Source: Myxococcales bacterium (lineage in GTDB: Bacteria > Desulfobacterota > Binatia > HRBIN30). Taken from it: DNA of 64,000 nt. Positions 19,048 to 28,339 of the stretch are shown one piece after another (position 1 is the stretch's first letter; each line of letters starts with the position of its first letter). The stretch spans positions 1 to 64,000 of the forward strand of contig JBBILD010000001.1 in the NCBI GenBank assembly GCA_037445065.1. Reading direction: 5' to 3'. Position numbers and translations under genes: made by a program. The notes beneath the pieces are model-generated. The model saw only the letters and a list, made by a program, of their open reading frames with translations, did no database searches and was not told the DNA's origin.

Positions 19048-19309
19048 GGATACATCCCCCCGTTGATCCCCCACTGACCGGCGGGATCAGTGCCACCTCG
19101 TCCCCGTCGCGAAGGGTGTGGAGGCGGTCCGTATATTCTCGGTTCACCGCAAAGGAGATACACGAACCGAGCCCGGCCAACGCCGGGTGCCTTTGTACCA
19201 AGAGGCTCCAGAGGCCTGCGAGAGTGGCGCTTTCTTCTACTTCGATCCACTCTTCGGTCGTGCCGCTCCGTTCCCGGGCGGCGGCAAAGTAGCGTACCAA
19301 AACCCGCAT
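19040..19309 (-). CDS. moaD: Molybdopterin synthase sulfur carrier (with 8-aa extension after PPVSGG)
   Basis: VRYFAAARE, FAVN, GDEVALIPPVSGG; located between moaB and moaE. Confidence 0.9.
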   Translation of the reverse strand: MRVLVRYFAAARERSGTTEEWIEVEESATLAGLWSLLVQRHPALAGLGSCISFAVNREYTDRLHTLRDGDEVALIPPVSGGSTGGCIHD

Positions 19310-19312
19310 GAC

Positions 19313-19828
19313 TCAGCCTTGTGGCCCGCGAACGAGGCCGACTACGTGGCCGAGTTGCGGCAGCACCAGCTTTTTCATGGCCAGCTCTACTGCTCGCGGG
19401 GCGCCGGGCATGGAGAAGACCACCCTTCGGCCGATTACCCCGGCAGTGGCCCGGCTCAACATCGCCGCGGCCCCGATTTCTGCGTAGCTCAACATCCGAA
19501 ACAATTCGCCAAACCCGGTGATTTCCTTGTCAAAGATGCGGCGCAGCGTTTCGAACGTCCGGTCGCGTCTTGCCAGGCCGGTACCGCCATTGACGATCAC
19601 AGCGGCAGTGGAGTCGGGAAGGGTTTGCAACGCGGCCACAATCAGAGCGGGTTCGTCTTGAAGGACACGGTACTGCTCAACAGAGTGACCAGCCTCTTCC
19701 AGCAGCGTGCGGATGAGCTGACCGCTCGTGTCGGATTCGGGGGTGCGGGTATCGCTGACCGTGATCACGGCGCAGCGCACGCGGCTTACGTCTTGCGCGT
19801 GATGCTTTCGATCTTCTCTCCCATTCAT
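19313..19828 (-). CDS. moaB: Molybdopterin adenylyltransferase (MoaB/Mog family)
   Basis: ITVSDTR, D.SG, NGGTG..RD.T, GFGELFR, SRATAG, MPG. Confidence 0.92.
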   Translation of the reverse strand: MNGREDRKHHAQDVSRVRCAVITVSDTRTPESDTSGQLIRTLLEEAGHSVEQYRVLQDEPALIVAALQTLPDSTAAVIVNGGTGLARRDRTFETLRRIFDKEITGFGELFRMLSYAEIGAAAMLSRATAGVIGRRVVFSMPGAPRAVELAMKKLVLPQLGHVVGLVRGPQG

Positions 19829-19951
19829 GGCAGCCTTTCCGTATAGCAAGCGGGATTCTCGGTGGAACAGCCGCTTGGTTTTGCCACTGCATCGTGCCTA
19901 TAAGGGGCCGTCTCTGTTGACGGACGATCGCGACCGGTGGGAGAAGGCTTC

Positions 19952-20530
19952 ATGCAGGACCGTGTTACGGTGGTTGTTTTCGCACTTGGGGTGGCTTGCG
20001 GTTTTTGGCCAGAAAAGGGGAAAGCGCAGCAGCCGCTACCGACCTTGCGCTTCGTGATCCCGCAGATCGAACAGACGCGCGCAGCACAGGCGACGGTGGC
20101 GGCACGCCCTTCGCCCAGTCCCGACATGACCCAGTACTGGTGGAATCAGGCGGACCTGGTGGAATCTCTGAGCCTCAGCGAAGAGCAGCGCAAGAGCATG
20201 GACGCCGTCATGCTGCAGGCACAGCGAGAGATGAATGATTCCGTCCGCAAACAAAATGCTGCGCGAGACCGTTTTGAAGAGGCGGTGCGAAGGCGAGATT
20301 GGAATGCGGCACGGGAAGCGGCGGCGTCCTGGGAGGCCGGTTTCGCCCAACAGTGGGGCGCGGCGAACCGGAGTAAGATCGAAATCCTGGAGAAGCTGAG
20401 TGCGGACCAACACGAAAAGCTTCTGCGCGAGCACGAGTATTTGCTGTACCGGCCCTGGACGATCGGGCACCGCACGCAATTTCGCGTGGGCACACCGAGC
20501 CCAAGTGCCCCAACGCCGCAAACGCGATAG
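19952..20530 (+). CDS. Exported helical protein, Spy/CpxP/ZraP-like
   Basis: Signal peptide (AQ cleavage); WW...LSLSEEQ and LSADQ LTxxQ-like motifs flanking a coiled coil. Confidence 0.55.
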   Translation: MQDRVTVVVFALGVACGFWPEKGKAQQPLPTLRFVIPQIEQTRAAQATVAARPSPSPDMTQYWWNQADLVESLSLSEEQRKSMDAVMLQAQREMNDSVRKQNAARDRFEEAVRRRDWNAAREAAASWEAGFAQQWGAANRSKIEILEKLSADQHEKLLREHEYLLYRPWTIGHRTQFRVGTPSPSAPTPQTR

Positions 20531-20724
20531 AGGTGGCGTCCGGAGTGGCTGCACACGGACAGTACGGCGGGCTCAGGTGCAGACTTGAAGTGACACTGGT
20601 TGGTCGTACCCTCCCTCGCCAGAGTCGAGGCGCTGCGGCTGTCCCTAGTGCAAACGTTCCTCCCCTCTCGAGAGCGCTCACCGGAGGCGAGCCGGTGACC
20701 ACGCCGGGATGGTACGAGCTTCCC

Positions 20725-21108
20725 TCAGCGAGCGGGGAGCCGCCGGATATCCGAACCCACGGGCGGTGGCCCTGGCGCCCCCATGGGAGGAGGTCCCGCA
20801 GCACCCCCGGGGGGCTTGCCTGCCGCGCCGGCTGGCGGAGGTCCCGCCGCGCCCATCGGAGGTGCTCCAGCTGGCCCGGCTGGCAGGGGCCGTGATAGCT
20901 CGTTCCGACACGCTTGAACGACGGCAAGGGGCAACTGGGCTCCGGCGGCAATCTCCGCGTCACTGAGGCCCCTTTGAAAAAGGGGCATCAGGTGAACGCA
21001 GTTGACACTTTGCGCACTGAGCAGTCCGGGCTGGAGCCAGATGCAGAAGGCCACGAAACAAGCGGCGCAAAGGAAACGGCACGGATGACTCGGAAGAAAG
21101 GTTTTCAT
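20725..21108 (-). CDS. Small secreted protein with Gly/Pro-rich octapeptide repeats
   Basis: Hydrophobic signal ending LSA-Q; Cys-flanked helical core; five GAAGPPPx-like units. Confidence 0.6.
   Translation of the reverse strand: MKTFLPSHPCRFLCAACFVAFCIWLQPGLLSAQSVNCVHLMPLFQRGLSDAEIAAGAQLPLAVVQACRNELSRPLPAGPAGAPPMGAAGPPPAGAAGKPPGGAAGPPPMGAPGPPPVGSDIRRLPAR
20758..20877 (-). repeat. Five imperfect 24-bp coding tandem repeats
   Basis: GPAGAPPM/GAAGPPPA/GAAGKPPG/GAAGPPPM/GAPGPPPV = 120 bp. Confidence 0.7.
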
Positions 21109-21182
21109 CGCGGTTGGGCTCCTTTGTCAAAATGCGCTCCGCCTTGGCGCAGACGACATCACCGCTTATACCAGCGCCGCTT

Positions 21183-22565
21183 ATGACGCTAGACGCAAAA
21201 TCCTCCAGCCAGGGCGCTGAAGGAGAGGATTCCGTCCTGCGCCACTCCGCTGACCGGTCGTATCGTGCCATGCTCATGGGACTCATTGTCGGGGCCCTTG
21301 CCGGGGGAGTGATGAATGCACTTTGGGGCGGCTCGGCCGCCTTGATGTGGTTTGTAGAGGGGATCACCGAGCCTCTCGGTCATTTGTTCCTACGCTTGAT
21401 TTTCATGATTGTTGTACCCTTGCTTTTGTCAGCATTGAGCTTGGGTGTGCTGGGACTTGGTGACTTGCGAGCAGTTGGCAGAGTCGGCGTACGTACGCTG
21501 CTTGTGACCGTGGTCATTTCTACCTTGGCGGTGCTGATCGGGATTCTGCTGGTGAACACGATCCGCCCTGGCGAAGGCATGGCGGAGGCTATGCGCGCGA
21601 ACCTGCGCGGAACTGCGCAGGAAGGCCGCCTCTCTGTGGCAGCCGCCGAGACGGCTCCCGGACTAGGAGCGTTGTTCCGGATTCTGCCAGACAATCCGGT
21701 GCGAGCGGCGGCGCAGGGGGACATGCTGGCGGTGATGTTCTTTGCCCTTGTGTTCGGGATCGGCCTCACTCTTGCGCCTCCCGAGCGAATTCAAACGCTG
21801 ACCGCATTTCTGGAAGGGCTGTACGAAGTAACGATGGCGATCGTCGCCCTCGCTATGCGCATTGCGCCTTATGGAGTCGCCTGCCTGCTCTTCAGCTTGA
21901 CGGCGCGCTTTGGCTTCGGAGTTTTGCGCAATCTTGCTGCGTTCGTGCTTGTCGTGTTGCTCGGCTTGGCGTTGCATCACTTCGTTACGTACTCCATTCT
22001 CCTGCGGTTCGCGGCAGGCATTCCGCCCCTGAGATTTTTCCGCGCGGCTTCCCCTGTGTTGCTCACCGCTTTCTCCACCAGCTCGTCAAACGCGACGCTC
22101 CCGCTAACCTTGCGCCTTGCCCAAGAGCGCTTGGGGATCCCGCGCGACGTGGGCAACTTTGTGCTTACGCTTGGCTCGACCGCGAACCAGAACGGTACGG
22201 CGCTCTTCGAGGGCGTGACCGTTTTGTTCCTTGCGCAGTTCTTTGGCGTCCCCCTGACCTGGTCGCAGCAACTTTTGGTGGTGGTGATGGCTGTTTTGGC
22301 TGGAATCGGGACTGCGGGAGTCCCCGGGGGGTCGCTGCCCATGATTGTTCCCGTGCTGGTTGCGGTCGGGTTGCCTGCGGAAGGGATCGGAATCATCCTT
22401 GGAGTGGATCGCTTTTTGGACATGTGCCGCACCGTCCTCAATGTAAGCGGGGATCTGACGGCGGCCGCCGTTGTAGCAGCGTGGGACGGGAGATTGCGCT
22501 TTCCGGCGCTCGGCCCCGAGGACGGGGAACATTCTCAAGCTGTCGGTGCAGTGCCACCCGACTGA
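21183..22565 (+). CDS. Dicarboxylate/amino acid:cation symporter (DAACS, GltP-like)
   Basis: FLRLIFMIVVPL, AFSTSSSNATLP, NQNGTAL, GTAGVPG, DRFLDMCRT..NV.GD. Confidence 0.93.
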   Translation: MTLDAKSSSQGAEGEDSVLRHSADRSYRAMLMGLIVGALAGGVMNALWGGSAALMWFVEGITEPLGHLFLRLIFMIVVPLLLSALSLGVLGLGDLRAVGRVGVRTLLVTVVISTLAVLIGILLVNTIRPGEGMAEAMRANLRGTAQEGRLSVAAAETAPGLGALFRILPDNPVRAAAQGDMLAVMFFALVFGIGLTLAPPERIQTLTAFLEGLYEVTMAIVALAMRIAPYGVACLLFSLTARFGFGVLRNLAAFVLVVLLGLALHHFVTYSILLRFAAGIPPLRFFRAASPVLLTAFSTSSSNATLPLTLRLAQERLGIPRDVGNFVLTLGSTANQNGTALFEGVTVLFLAQFFGVPLTWSQQLLVVVMAVLAGIGTAGVPGGSLPMIVPVLVAVGLPAEGIGIILGVDRFLDMCRTVLNVSGDLTAAAVVAAWDGRLRFPALGPEDGEHSQAVGAVPPD

Positions 22566-22602
22566 ATGGTGCTATACGAGCACGAGGAGGAGGAACAGGG
22601 TC

Positions 22603-22953
22603 ATGGCTGAGTGTTTTTACCATCCTGAGGAAAGCAGGCGCCTGCGGCGCTTGCGTGAACTTAAGCCGGAAGCCTTCAAGGCGTTTACGGACTTCGACCG
22701 AATCGTGTTCCAAGAAGGGGAACTCTCGCAGCAGGTGAAGGAACTCATTGCGGTTGCGACAGCCCATTTGACGCAATGCCCTTACTGCATCGACGTCCAC
22801 ACAAAGAGGGCGAAGAAAGCAGGGGCAACCGACGGCCAGATCGCGGAAGCGATCTTTGTGGCTATGGCGTTGCGCGCAGGTGGGTCGTTTGCACACGCGG
22901 CCATTGCCTTCCGTGCGGCGGAGGAATTCGAGCAAAAACCGCCAAAATCTTAG
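22603..22953 (+). CDS. Carboxymuconolactone decarboxylase/AhpD family protein
   Basis: KELIAVA.A..TQCPYCIDVH..A...GAT; strong GAGGAGG RBS. Confidence 0.9.
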   Translation: MAECFYHPEESRRLRRLRELKPEAFKAFTDFDRIVFQEGELSQQVKELIAVATAHLTQCPYCIDVHTKRAKKAGATDGQIAEAIFVAMALRAGGSFAHAAIAFRAAEEFEQKPPKS

Positions 22954-23029
22954 CTGCCGCACGCTGGCCTCCCCAAGCGATCAGAGGCTATTGACCGCTA
23001 CGTTTCTCTCTCTGAGTACGCAGGCTCGG

Positions 23030-23941
23030 ATGCGAAAGCCTTTACCTCTCCGACCAGGAGACACAATTGCAGTGATCGCCCCCGCGGGTGCCGTCAATGC
23101 GGGTAAGTTGCAACAGGGGATCGCGGCCCTCGAGGAAGCTGGTTTCTCGGTGCAGCTTGGAGAGCACGTGCTTGCTCGTCATGGCTATCTTGCCGGCACG
23201 GACCCGCAGCGGGCCCAGGACTTTCAGCGCGCTTGGTCGGATCCGGCTGTGCGAGCCGTGATTGCTGCGCGCGGGGGTTTTGGTAGCACGCGCATCCTAC
23301 CGTTGCTCGATTGCGATCTACTGAGCCAGCACGGGAAAATCCTCGTCGGTTTCAGCGACGTGACTGCGTTGCTCCACTTGGTGTTGCGATACGGGAATCT
23401 AGTGACGTTCCACGGACCTGTCGTAACCTCATTTGCCGAGGCCCCCGAACTCGCCGCGGCAGTCCTAGCTGCACTTTCAGGAGGCGCCGGGGAGCTGTTT
23501 GTGCCTGCACAGGTTCTAAAAGAGGGAGAGGCGGAAGGTCCGCTCGTAGGGGGATGCTTGAGCGTGCTGATGGCACTCGTGGGTACGCCGTACGAACCCG
23601 TTTGGGATGGTGCGGTCTTGTTCCTCGAGGACGTGCGTGAGGCTCCGTACCGGATCGATCGGATGCTGACACAGTTGCGACAAGCGGGTGTGCTCAAGCG
23701 GGTGAAAGCGCTCGTATTCGGTGAAATGCTGGACTGCCGGGCCGGAGGCGCGGAGGCATGGTCAGTGTGGGACGTGATTGCCGATCATATCCGCGAATTC
23801 ACGGGCCCGGTTGTAGGCGGCGTCCCGAGTGGTCATGGCGCGAATCGGGTGGTGTTGCCACTCGGGGTGCGGGTGCGGGTAGATAGCAGCGGGTTACGAG
23901 TCCTTGAGTCGCCATTCGCAATGGAAACTCCGCGGAGATGA
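23030..23941 (+). CDS. ldcA: Muramoyltetrapeptide LD-carboxypeptidase (S66)
   Basis: LRPGDTIAVIAP, RGGFG, GFSDVT (Ser), FLED (Glu), SGH (His). Confidence 0.9.
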   Translation: MRKPLPLRPGDTIAVIAPAGAVNAGKLQQGIAALEEAGFSVQLGEHVLARHGYLAGTDPQRAQDFQRAWSDPAVRAVIAARGGFGSTRILPLLDCDLLSQHGKILVGFSDVTALLHLVLRYGNLVTFHGPVVTSFAEAPELAAAVLAALSGGAGELFVPAQVLKEGEAEGPLVGGCLSVLMALVGTPYEPVWDGAVLFLEDVREAPYRIDRMLTQLRQAGVLKRVKALVFGEMLDCRAGGAEAWSVWDVIADHIREFTGPVVGGVPSGHGANRVVLPLGVRVRVDSSGLRVLESPFAMETPRR

Positions 23942-25065
23942 GTTTCGAACGGGTGGAAGAGGCCGTCGAAGGTGCAATCGAGGCTGGGGTCTTCCCTGGG
24001 GCTGTGCTGCTTGTGCGCGAAGAGGACCGCTTTTTTTACCTTCGTGCTTTTGGATACCGATGCATCGTTCCTCATGTGGCTCCCATGCAGGAGGACACGA
24101 TTTTCGACCTGGCCTCCCTCACCAAACCATTGGCGACCACGGTTGGGGCAATGTTGTTGGTCCAGGAGGGGAAACTCCGACTCGACGACCGCGTGAGCCG
24201 CTACTTTCACAATTTCGGCGTGCACGGCAAGGCAGACATCACCTTTCGGCAGTTACTGAGTCATTGTTCAGGGCTGCCTGCTTGGCGGCCCTACTTTCAG
24301 GACGTCTTGCGAGAAGAGCGCAGTGGCCGGCGCGTCAACTTCCTTGGGAGTTCCGAGGCCAAGTCCTATGTCTACCAATGTATTCTCCGAGAGCAGTTAG
24401 AGGCCGCCCCAGGGCAAGAAGTGATTTACAGCGATGTCGGTTTCATGCTGCTGGGTGCGCTGCTTGAGCAACTCAGCGGTATGCCGTTGGACCGGCTCTG
24501 CGCAAGCAAGATCTTCAGACCCTTGGGCCTGCGGCGCACGGGTTTTGTAGACTTGGGGTTGTTGCGCACGCGCCGGCTCGAGCCGATCCAGGATTTGATT
24601 GCTGCTACCGAGCAGTGCCCGTGGAGAAAAAAGGTGGTTTGCGGGGAGGTCCACGATGACAATGCATACGCGATGGGCGGCGTGGCGGGACATGCGGGCC
24701 TGTTCTCTTGTGCGCGAGAAATTGACACGTTGCTCGTCGCTCTGCGTGAGGCGTACTTCCGACCCGGAGGTTTCGTTGCACAGCGGGTGATCCGTGAGTT
24801 CTGGACGCGGGATGGCCGCGTTCCGGGTTCGACATGGTGTCTCGGTTGGGATACCCCTTCCCCGGAAGGTTCCTCAGCGGGCAGGTACTTTTCCTCGAAT
24901 TCGGTAGGTCATCTTGGTTTCACGGGATGTTCCATTTGGCTCGAGTTGGATCGGAAACTGCACGTGATTCTCCTCACCAACCGAGTGCACCCTCGACGAG
25001 ACAACGAGCGCATTCGCGAGTTTCGGCCCAAGCTGCACGACCTGATCCGCGAAGCCCTCGATTGA
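23938..25065 (+). CDS. Beta-lactamase-family serine hydrolase (AmiE/EstB-like)
   Basis: FDLASLTK (SxxK), YSD, GEVHDDNA, GHAGLFS, GHLGFTG; ATGA overlap with ldcA. Confidence 0.88.
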   Translation: MSFERVEEAVEGAIEAGVFPGAVLLVREEDRFFYLRAFGYRCIVPHVAPMQEDTIFDLASLTKPLATTVGAMLLVQEGKLRLDDRVSRYFHNFGVHGKADITFRQLLSHCSGLPAWRPYFQDVLREERSGRRVNFLGSSEAKSYVYQCILREQLEAAPGQEVIYSDVGFMLLGALLEQLSGMPLDRLCASKIFRPLGLRRTGFVDLGLLRTRRLEPIQDLIAATEQCPWRKKVVCGEVHDDNAYAMGGVAGHAGLFSCAREIDTLLVALREAYFRPGGFVAQRVIREFWTRDGRVPGSTWCLGWDTPSPEGSSAGRYFSSNSVGHLGFTGCSIWLELDRKLHVILLTNRVHPRRDNERIREFRPKLHDLIREALD

Positions 25066-25082
25066 GAAAACAAGGCGAATTC

Positions 25083-26555
25083 ATGACGTTGGCCTTGGAG
25101 CAAAACCGGATCCCAGAGGAAGTGCTCGCCGCTCCAGCCGGAAAACGAATCCACCTCGTGGCCATTGGCGGTGTTGCCATGGCGGGACTAGCGACCATGT
25201 TACGGGAGCTGGGAGCCAACGTGACTGGTTCGGACGATCAACTCTACCCCCCGGTGAGCGATCTCTTAGCGGAACTCGGCATCCCGGTGCGGCGCGGGTT
25301 TCACCGCAAGAACCTCGAGCCCAGGCCAGACTTGGTGATCGTTGGCAATAAAGTGACCCGAAACAACCCCGAGGCTCAGGCGCTTGGTGAGTTTGGCGTT
25401 CCCTTTGCCTCTCTGCCGCAGGCAATCCGGGCCCTGTGTTTAGAAGGGAAGCACCGGTGCGTGGTCGCCGGCACGCATGGAAAAACCACGTCCACTGCGA
25501 TGCTTGCTTGGGTGATGGAGCAGGAAGGGTGGGCGCCTGGCTTCTTGATCGGGGGCCGTCCGGAGAACTTCTCGATCAGCGCGCGAATCGCCCGTGGGCC
25601 GTTCTTCGTGATCGAAGGTGATGAGTACGACAGCGCCTTCTTTGATAAGCGACCAAAGTTCTTGCACTACCAGCCGGACTCTCTTCTCCTAACCGCGGTA
25701 GAGTTCGACCACGCGGACATTTACCGCGACCTGGAGCATGTGAAACAGGCATTTCGCGAGCTGATCGGCTTGCTGCCTAGCGATGCCAATTTCGCCGTGT
25801 GCGCCGACTTCCCTCATGCCCTGGAGGTGGCGCAAACGCATCCGAGGCCCGTGCTGTTCGGTACCAGCGGAGAGGCGGAATGGCAAATCGCGGGTTTCCG
25901 GGAGGAAGGGGAGCGAAGCAATTGTGTGGTTCTTCGGCACGGCAAGGTCGTCGCTCGCATGAGACTGCAGCTGCCCGGGGTTATGAACGCTCGCAACGGT
26001 CTCGGGGTCCTGGCGCTGGTAGAGCGACTTGGTGTGCCGCCCGAGCGGGCAGCGGCTGCACTCGAGGAGTTCCGCGGGGTCGCGCGCCGGCAGCAGGTCG
26101 TGGGGGAGTTCCACCGCGTCTTGCTCATTGACGATTTCGCTCATCATCCGACCGCTGTCCGCGCCACCCTGGAAGCCTTGCGCCAGCGCTACCCGGAACG
26201 AAGGCTGTGGGCGGTATTCGAGCCGAGGTCGAACACGAGCCGCCGGCGAGTGTTTCAGAAAGAATACGTGCAAGCGTTCACGCCGGCCGACAGGGTGATC
26301 GTAGGCGGCGTGCTAAAAAAACCGTCGGACGCGTTGAACGACCAGGAAATGTTCTCCCCGGAAGAGCTGGTTGCCGACTTGAAACACATGGGCATCCCGG
26401 CTCGTTTCTTCCCGGATACGGACACCATCGCAGTGGCACTCTGGCGGAATACCCGCCCGGGGGACGTCGTCGTTCTCCTCTCCAACGGAGATTTTGGCGG
26501 CTTGCGCACAAAGCTCGTGGCTCTCTTGGATCGGAACCAACGAGAAGCGACGTGA
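25083..26555 (+). CDS. mpl: UDP-MurNAc:L-Ala-gamma-D-Glu-meso-DAP ligase (murein peptide ligase)
   Basis: IGGVAM, YPP.S, GTHGKTT, EGDEYDSAFFDKRPKF, EFDHAD, DDFAHHPT and EPRSNT (Mpl-type rather than MurC). Confidence 0.92.
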   Translation: MTLALEQNRIPEEVLAAPAGKRIHLVAIGGVAMAGLATMLRELGANVTGSDDQLYPPVSDLLAELGIPVRRGFHRKNLEPRPDLVIVGNKVTRNNPEAQALGEFGVPFASLPQAIRALCLEGKHRCVVAGTHGKTTSTAMLAWVMEQEGWAPGFLIGGRPENFSISARIARGPFFVIEGDEYDSAFFDKRPKFLHYQPDSLLLTAVEFDHADIYRDLEHVKQAFRELIGLLPSDANFAVCADFPHALEVAQTHPRPVLFGTSGEAEWQIAGFREEGERSNCVVLRHGKVVARMRLQLPGVMNARNGLGVLALVERLGVPPERAAAALEEFRGVARRQQVVGEFHRVLLIDDFAHHPTAVRATLEALRQRYPERRLWAVFEPRSNTSRRRVFQKEYVQAFTPADRVIVGGVLKKPSDALNDQEMFSPEELVADLKHMGIPARFFPDTDTIAVALWRNTRPGDVVVLLSNGDFGGLRTKLVALLDRNQREAT

Positions 26556-26602
26556 AGCGGGCAGGGGCGGGTCCGGTCGCGTCGCCGCGAGGAAGACCTC
26601 CC

Positions 26603-27367
26603 TCAACGCAAGTTCCCGAACGAAACCGCGCGCTCTTTTGTGTCGAGGAGCGCGTAGTCCCCGCGGGCTAGCTCCCCGGGAAATACCACCACAGTGTTCG
26701 CGACCAGAATCTTGCCTTTTTCCCCCGTTGGTCGGCTACAAACGGCGAACTGCGGCCCAAAGGTCTTCATGATGTGCGCGATGGCTGCGCGCCCTGCAGA
26801 GCTCCGCGCCTCCTCGCTGTTTTCCGCCGGAGCTGTATGAGTGAGAAGAATCTTCTGTTGATCCAGGTGGCGCATGAAGTCCAACCCAAACTCGGCTTCC
26901 CACGAAGGAAAGCGCAGGAACAACTCGTTTTCCCGCTCGTCGCCAGTGATCTCCCCACCGAAGCCTACGACCACGTACGCAGCGCCTAAGGGCGCGAAGC
27001 TGCGATGCACAACGTGAATGTGTGGCTCTACGATTTCCGAATTCAAAGCTGCCTGCAAGAAGAACCGCTCCGGTGCATCGTTGCGGCCAGGAACGACGAA
27101 TACGGGGACTTCGAGTTCGTTCAGCACTCGGAAGAAACGGGTGATGGACTCCGCATCGTCACTGCGTTCCTTCTCGATGGCAGGTGTGGTTGTACGGGGC
27201 GGCCGCCCTTCTGCAAGGGCGCTCTGCCACTCACTGAGGCGCGCCTCGCCGCGCAAAACGTTTCCGCAGAACAGAACCCCCTCCACTCGGGTGTTCCTCA
27301 CCACTTCCTTGAGCCTGTCCAGGTACTGGAACTGCTCTTTCAACTCGCTCAGTGCCAGTAGCTTCAT
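26603..27367 (-). CDS. Calcineurin-like metallophosphoesterase-fold protein with degenerate metal ligands (TT1561-like)
   Basis: MKLLALS, LFCGN, VPGRNDAP, GFGGEI, THT, FPG.L..G.YA; AAGGAGG RBS. Confidence 0.75.
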   Translation of the reverse strand: MKLLALSELKEQFQYLDRLKEVVRNTRVEGVLFCGNVLRGEARLSEWQSALAEGRPPRTTTPAIEKERSDDAESITRFFRVLNELEVPVFVVPGRNDAPERFFLQAALNSEIVEPHIHVVHRSFAPLGAAYVVVGFGGEITGDERENELFLRFPSWEAEFGLDFMRHLDQQKILLTHTAPAENSEEARSSAGRAAIAHIMKTFGPQFAVCSRPTGEKGKILVANTVVVFPGELARGDYALLDTKERAVSFGNLR

Positions 27368-27624
27368 CTAGGTTCCCTCCTTTCCCGCAAGGTCCCTGTG
27401 TTTGTCAGAAAGACGATTGTATCTTTGTGTCGCGAGGCGCTGGTTGTAAACCCGTTCAGCGAAGTTCGTGCCGCTACCAAGACCTTCGCCCTTTGCACTG
27501 AAGTGACGTAGGCTTTTGCGAAGATCAGAGCGCTTTTTAGGTTCTGTCCGAAGATTCGGTAGTTCGCGAGATCGCACCTCGGGTAGCATTGCGTCACCAC
27601 GCAGATTGGCGCGATAGAGGCGGT

Positions 27625-28317
27625 ATGGAGGCTCAAGCTTGGCAGATTGCCCTTCACGTTGGTAGCGCTTGGCTGGCGGGAAGCCTGATTGGCTTGGAGA
27701 GGACCTTCCACGGGCGACCCGCCGGGTTTCGTACTCACGCCCTCGTGTGTGTGGCCTCTGCGCTGCTGATGGTCATGACCACCCACCAATGGGAGTGGTT
27801 AGGAAGCGTCCCCTTGGAAACAGTGCGAACAGACCCAACCCGTATGGCTGCCGGAATTATGACCGGAATTGGTTTCCTGGGGGCCGGGGTGATTTTCAAA
27901 GAGCGGCTTACCGTGCGGGGGCTTACTACGGCGGCCTCGATCTGGCTCACGTCTGTGTTGGGAATCCTGTTCGGGATCGGGTTCTTTTATCCAGCGGTGC
28001 TCGGCACCGGGGTAGCCCTCGGAACGCTTGCCGTCTTTCGCTGGATGGAGGATCGGCTACCGAGCCAAGTGTACGCGTATTGCTCCGTGCGGTTTCGGAG
28101 GTCCGAGGTGGTGGATGAAGACCAGTTGCGTTCATGGGTCGGGGACCACAAGCTGCAGATCACGAACCTCAATTACATCCTGGCGGAGGACGGAGAGGTA
28201 TTCGAGTACCAAATGGTCTTGCGCAGTACGCGCCGGGAGAGCTTTCGTGCCCTCGCTGAAGATTTGCGGACTCGAGGGCCTGTGCTCGCGTTTTCTGTGG
28301 CTCCGACCGGTGACTGA
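27625..28317 (+). CDS. MgtC/SapB family membrane protein with C-terminal ACT-like domain
   Basis: IGLER, PAGFRTH, DPTRMAA.I.TGIGFLGAG, GLTTAASIW. Confidence 0.92.
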   Translation: MEAQAWQIALHVGSAWLAGSLIGLERTFHGRPAGFRTHALVCVASALLMVMTTHQWEWLGSVPLETVRTDPTRMAAGIMTGIGFLGAGVIFKERLTVRGLTTAASIWLTSVLGILFGIGFFYPAVLGTGVALGTLAVFRWMEDRLPSQVYAYCSVRFRRSEVVDEDQLRSWVGDHKLQITNLNYILAEDGEVFEYQMVLRSTRRESFRALAEDLRTRGPVLAFSVAPTGD

Positions 28318-28339
28318 CGACTCACTGACGACTAAATGT

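Noticed and set aside
23938..25065. True beta-lactamase resistance gene
   Set aside because: No signal peptide, has the GEVHDxNA/GHAGLFS esterase-amidase signature, and sits in a recycling operon.
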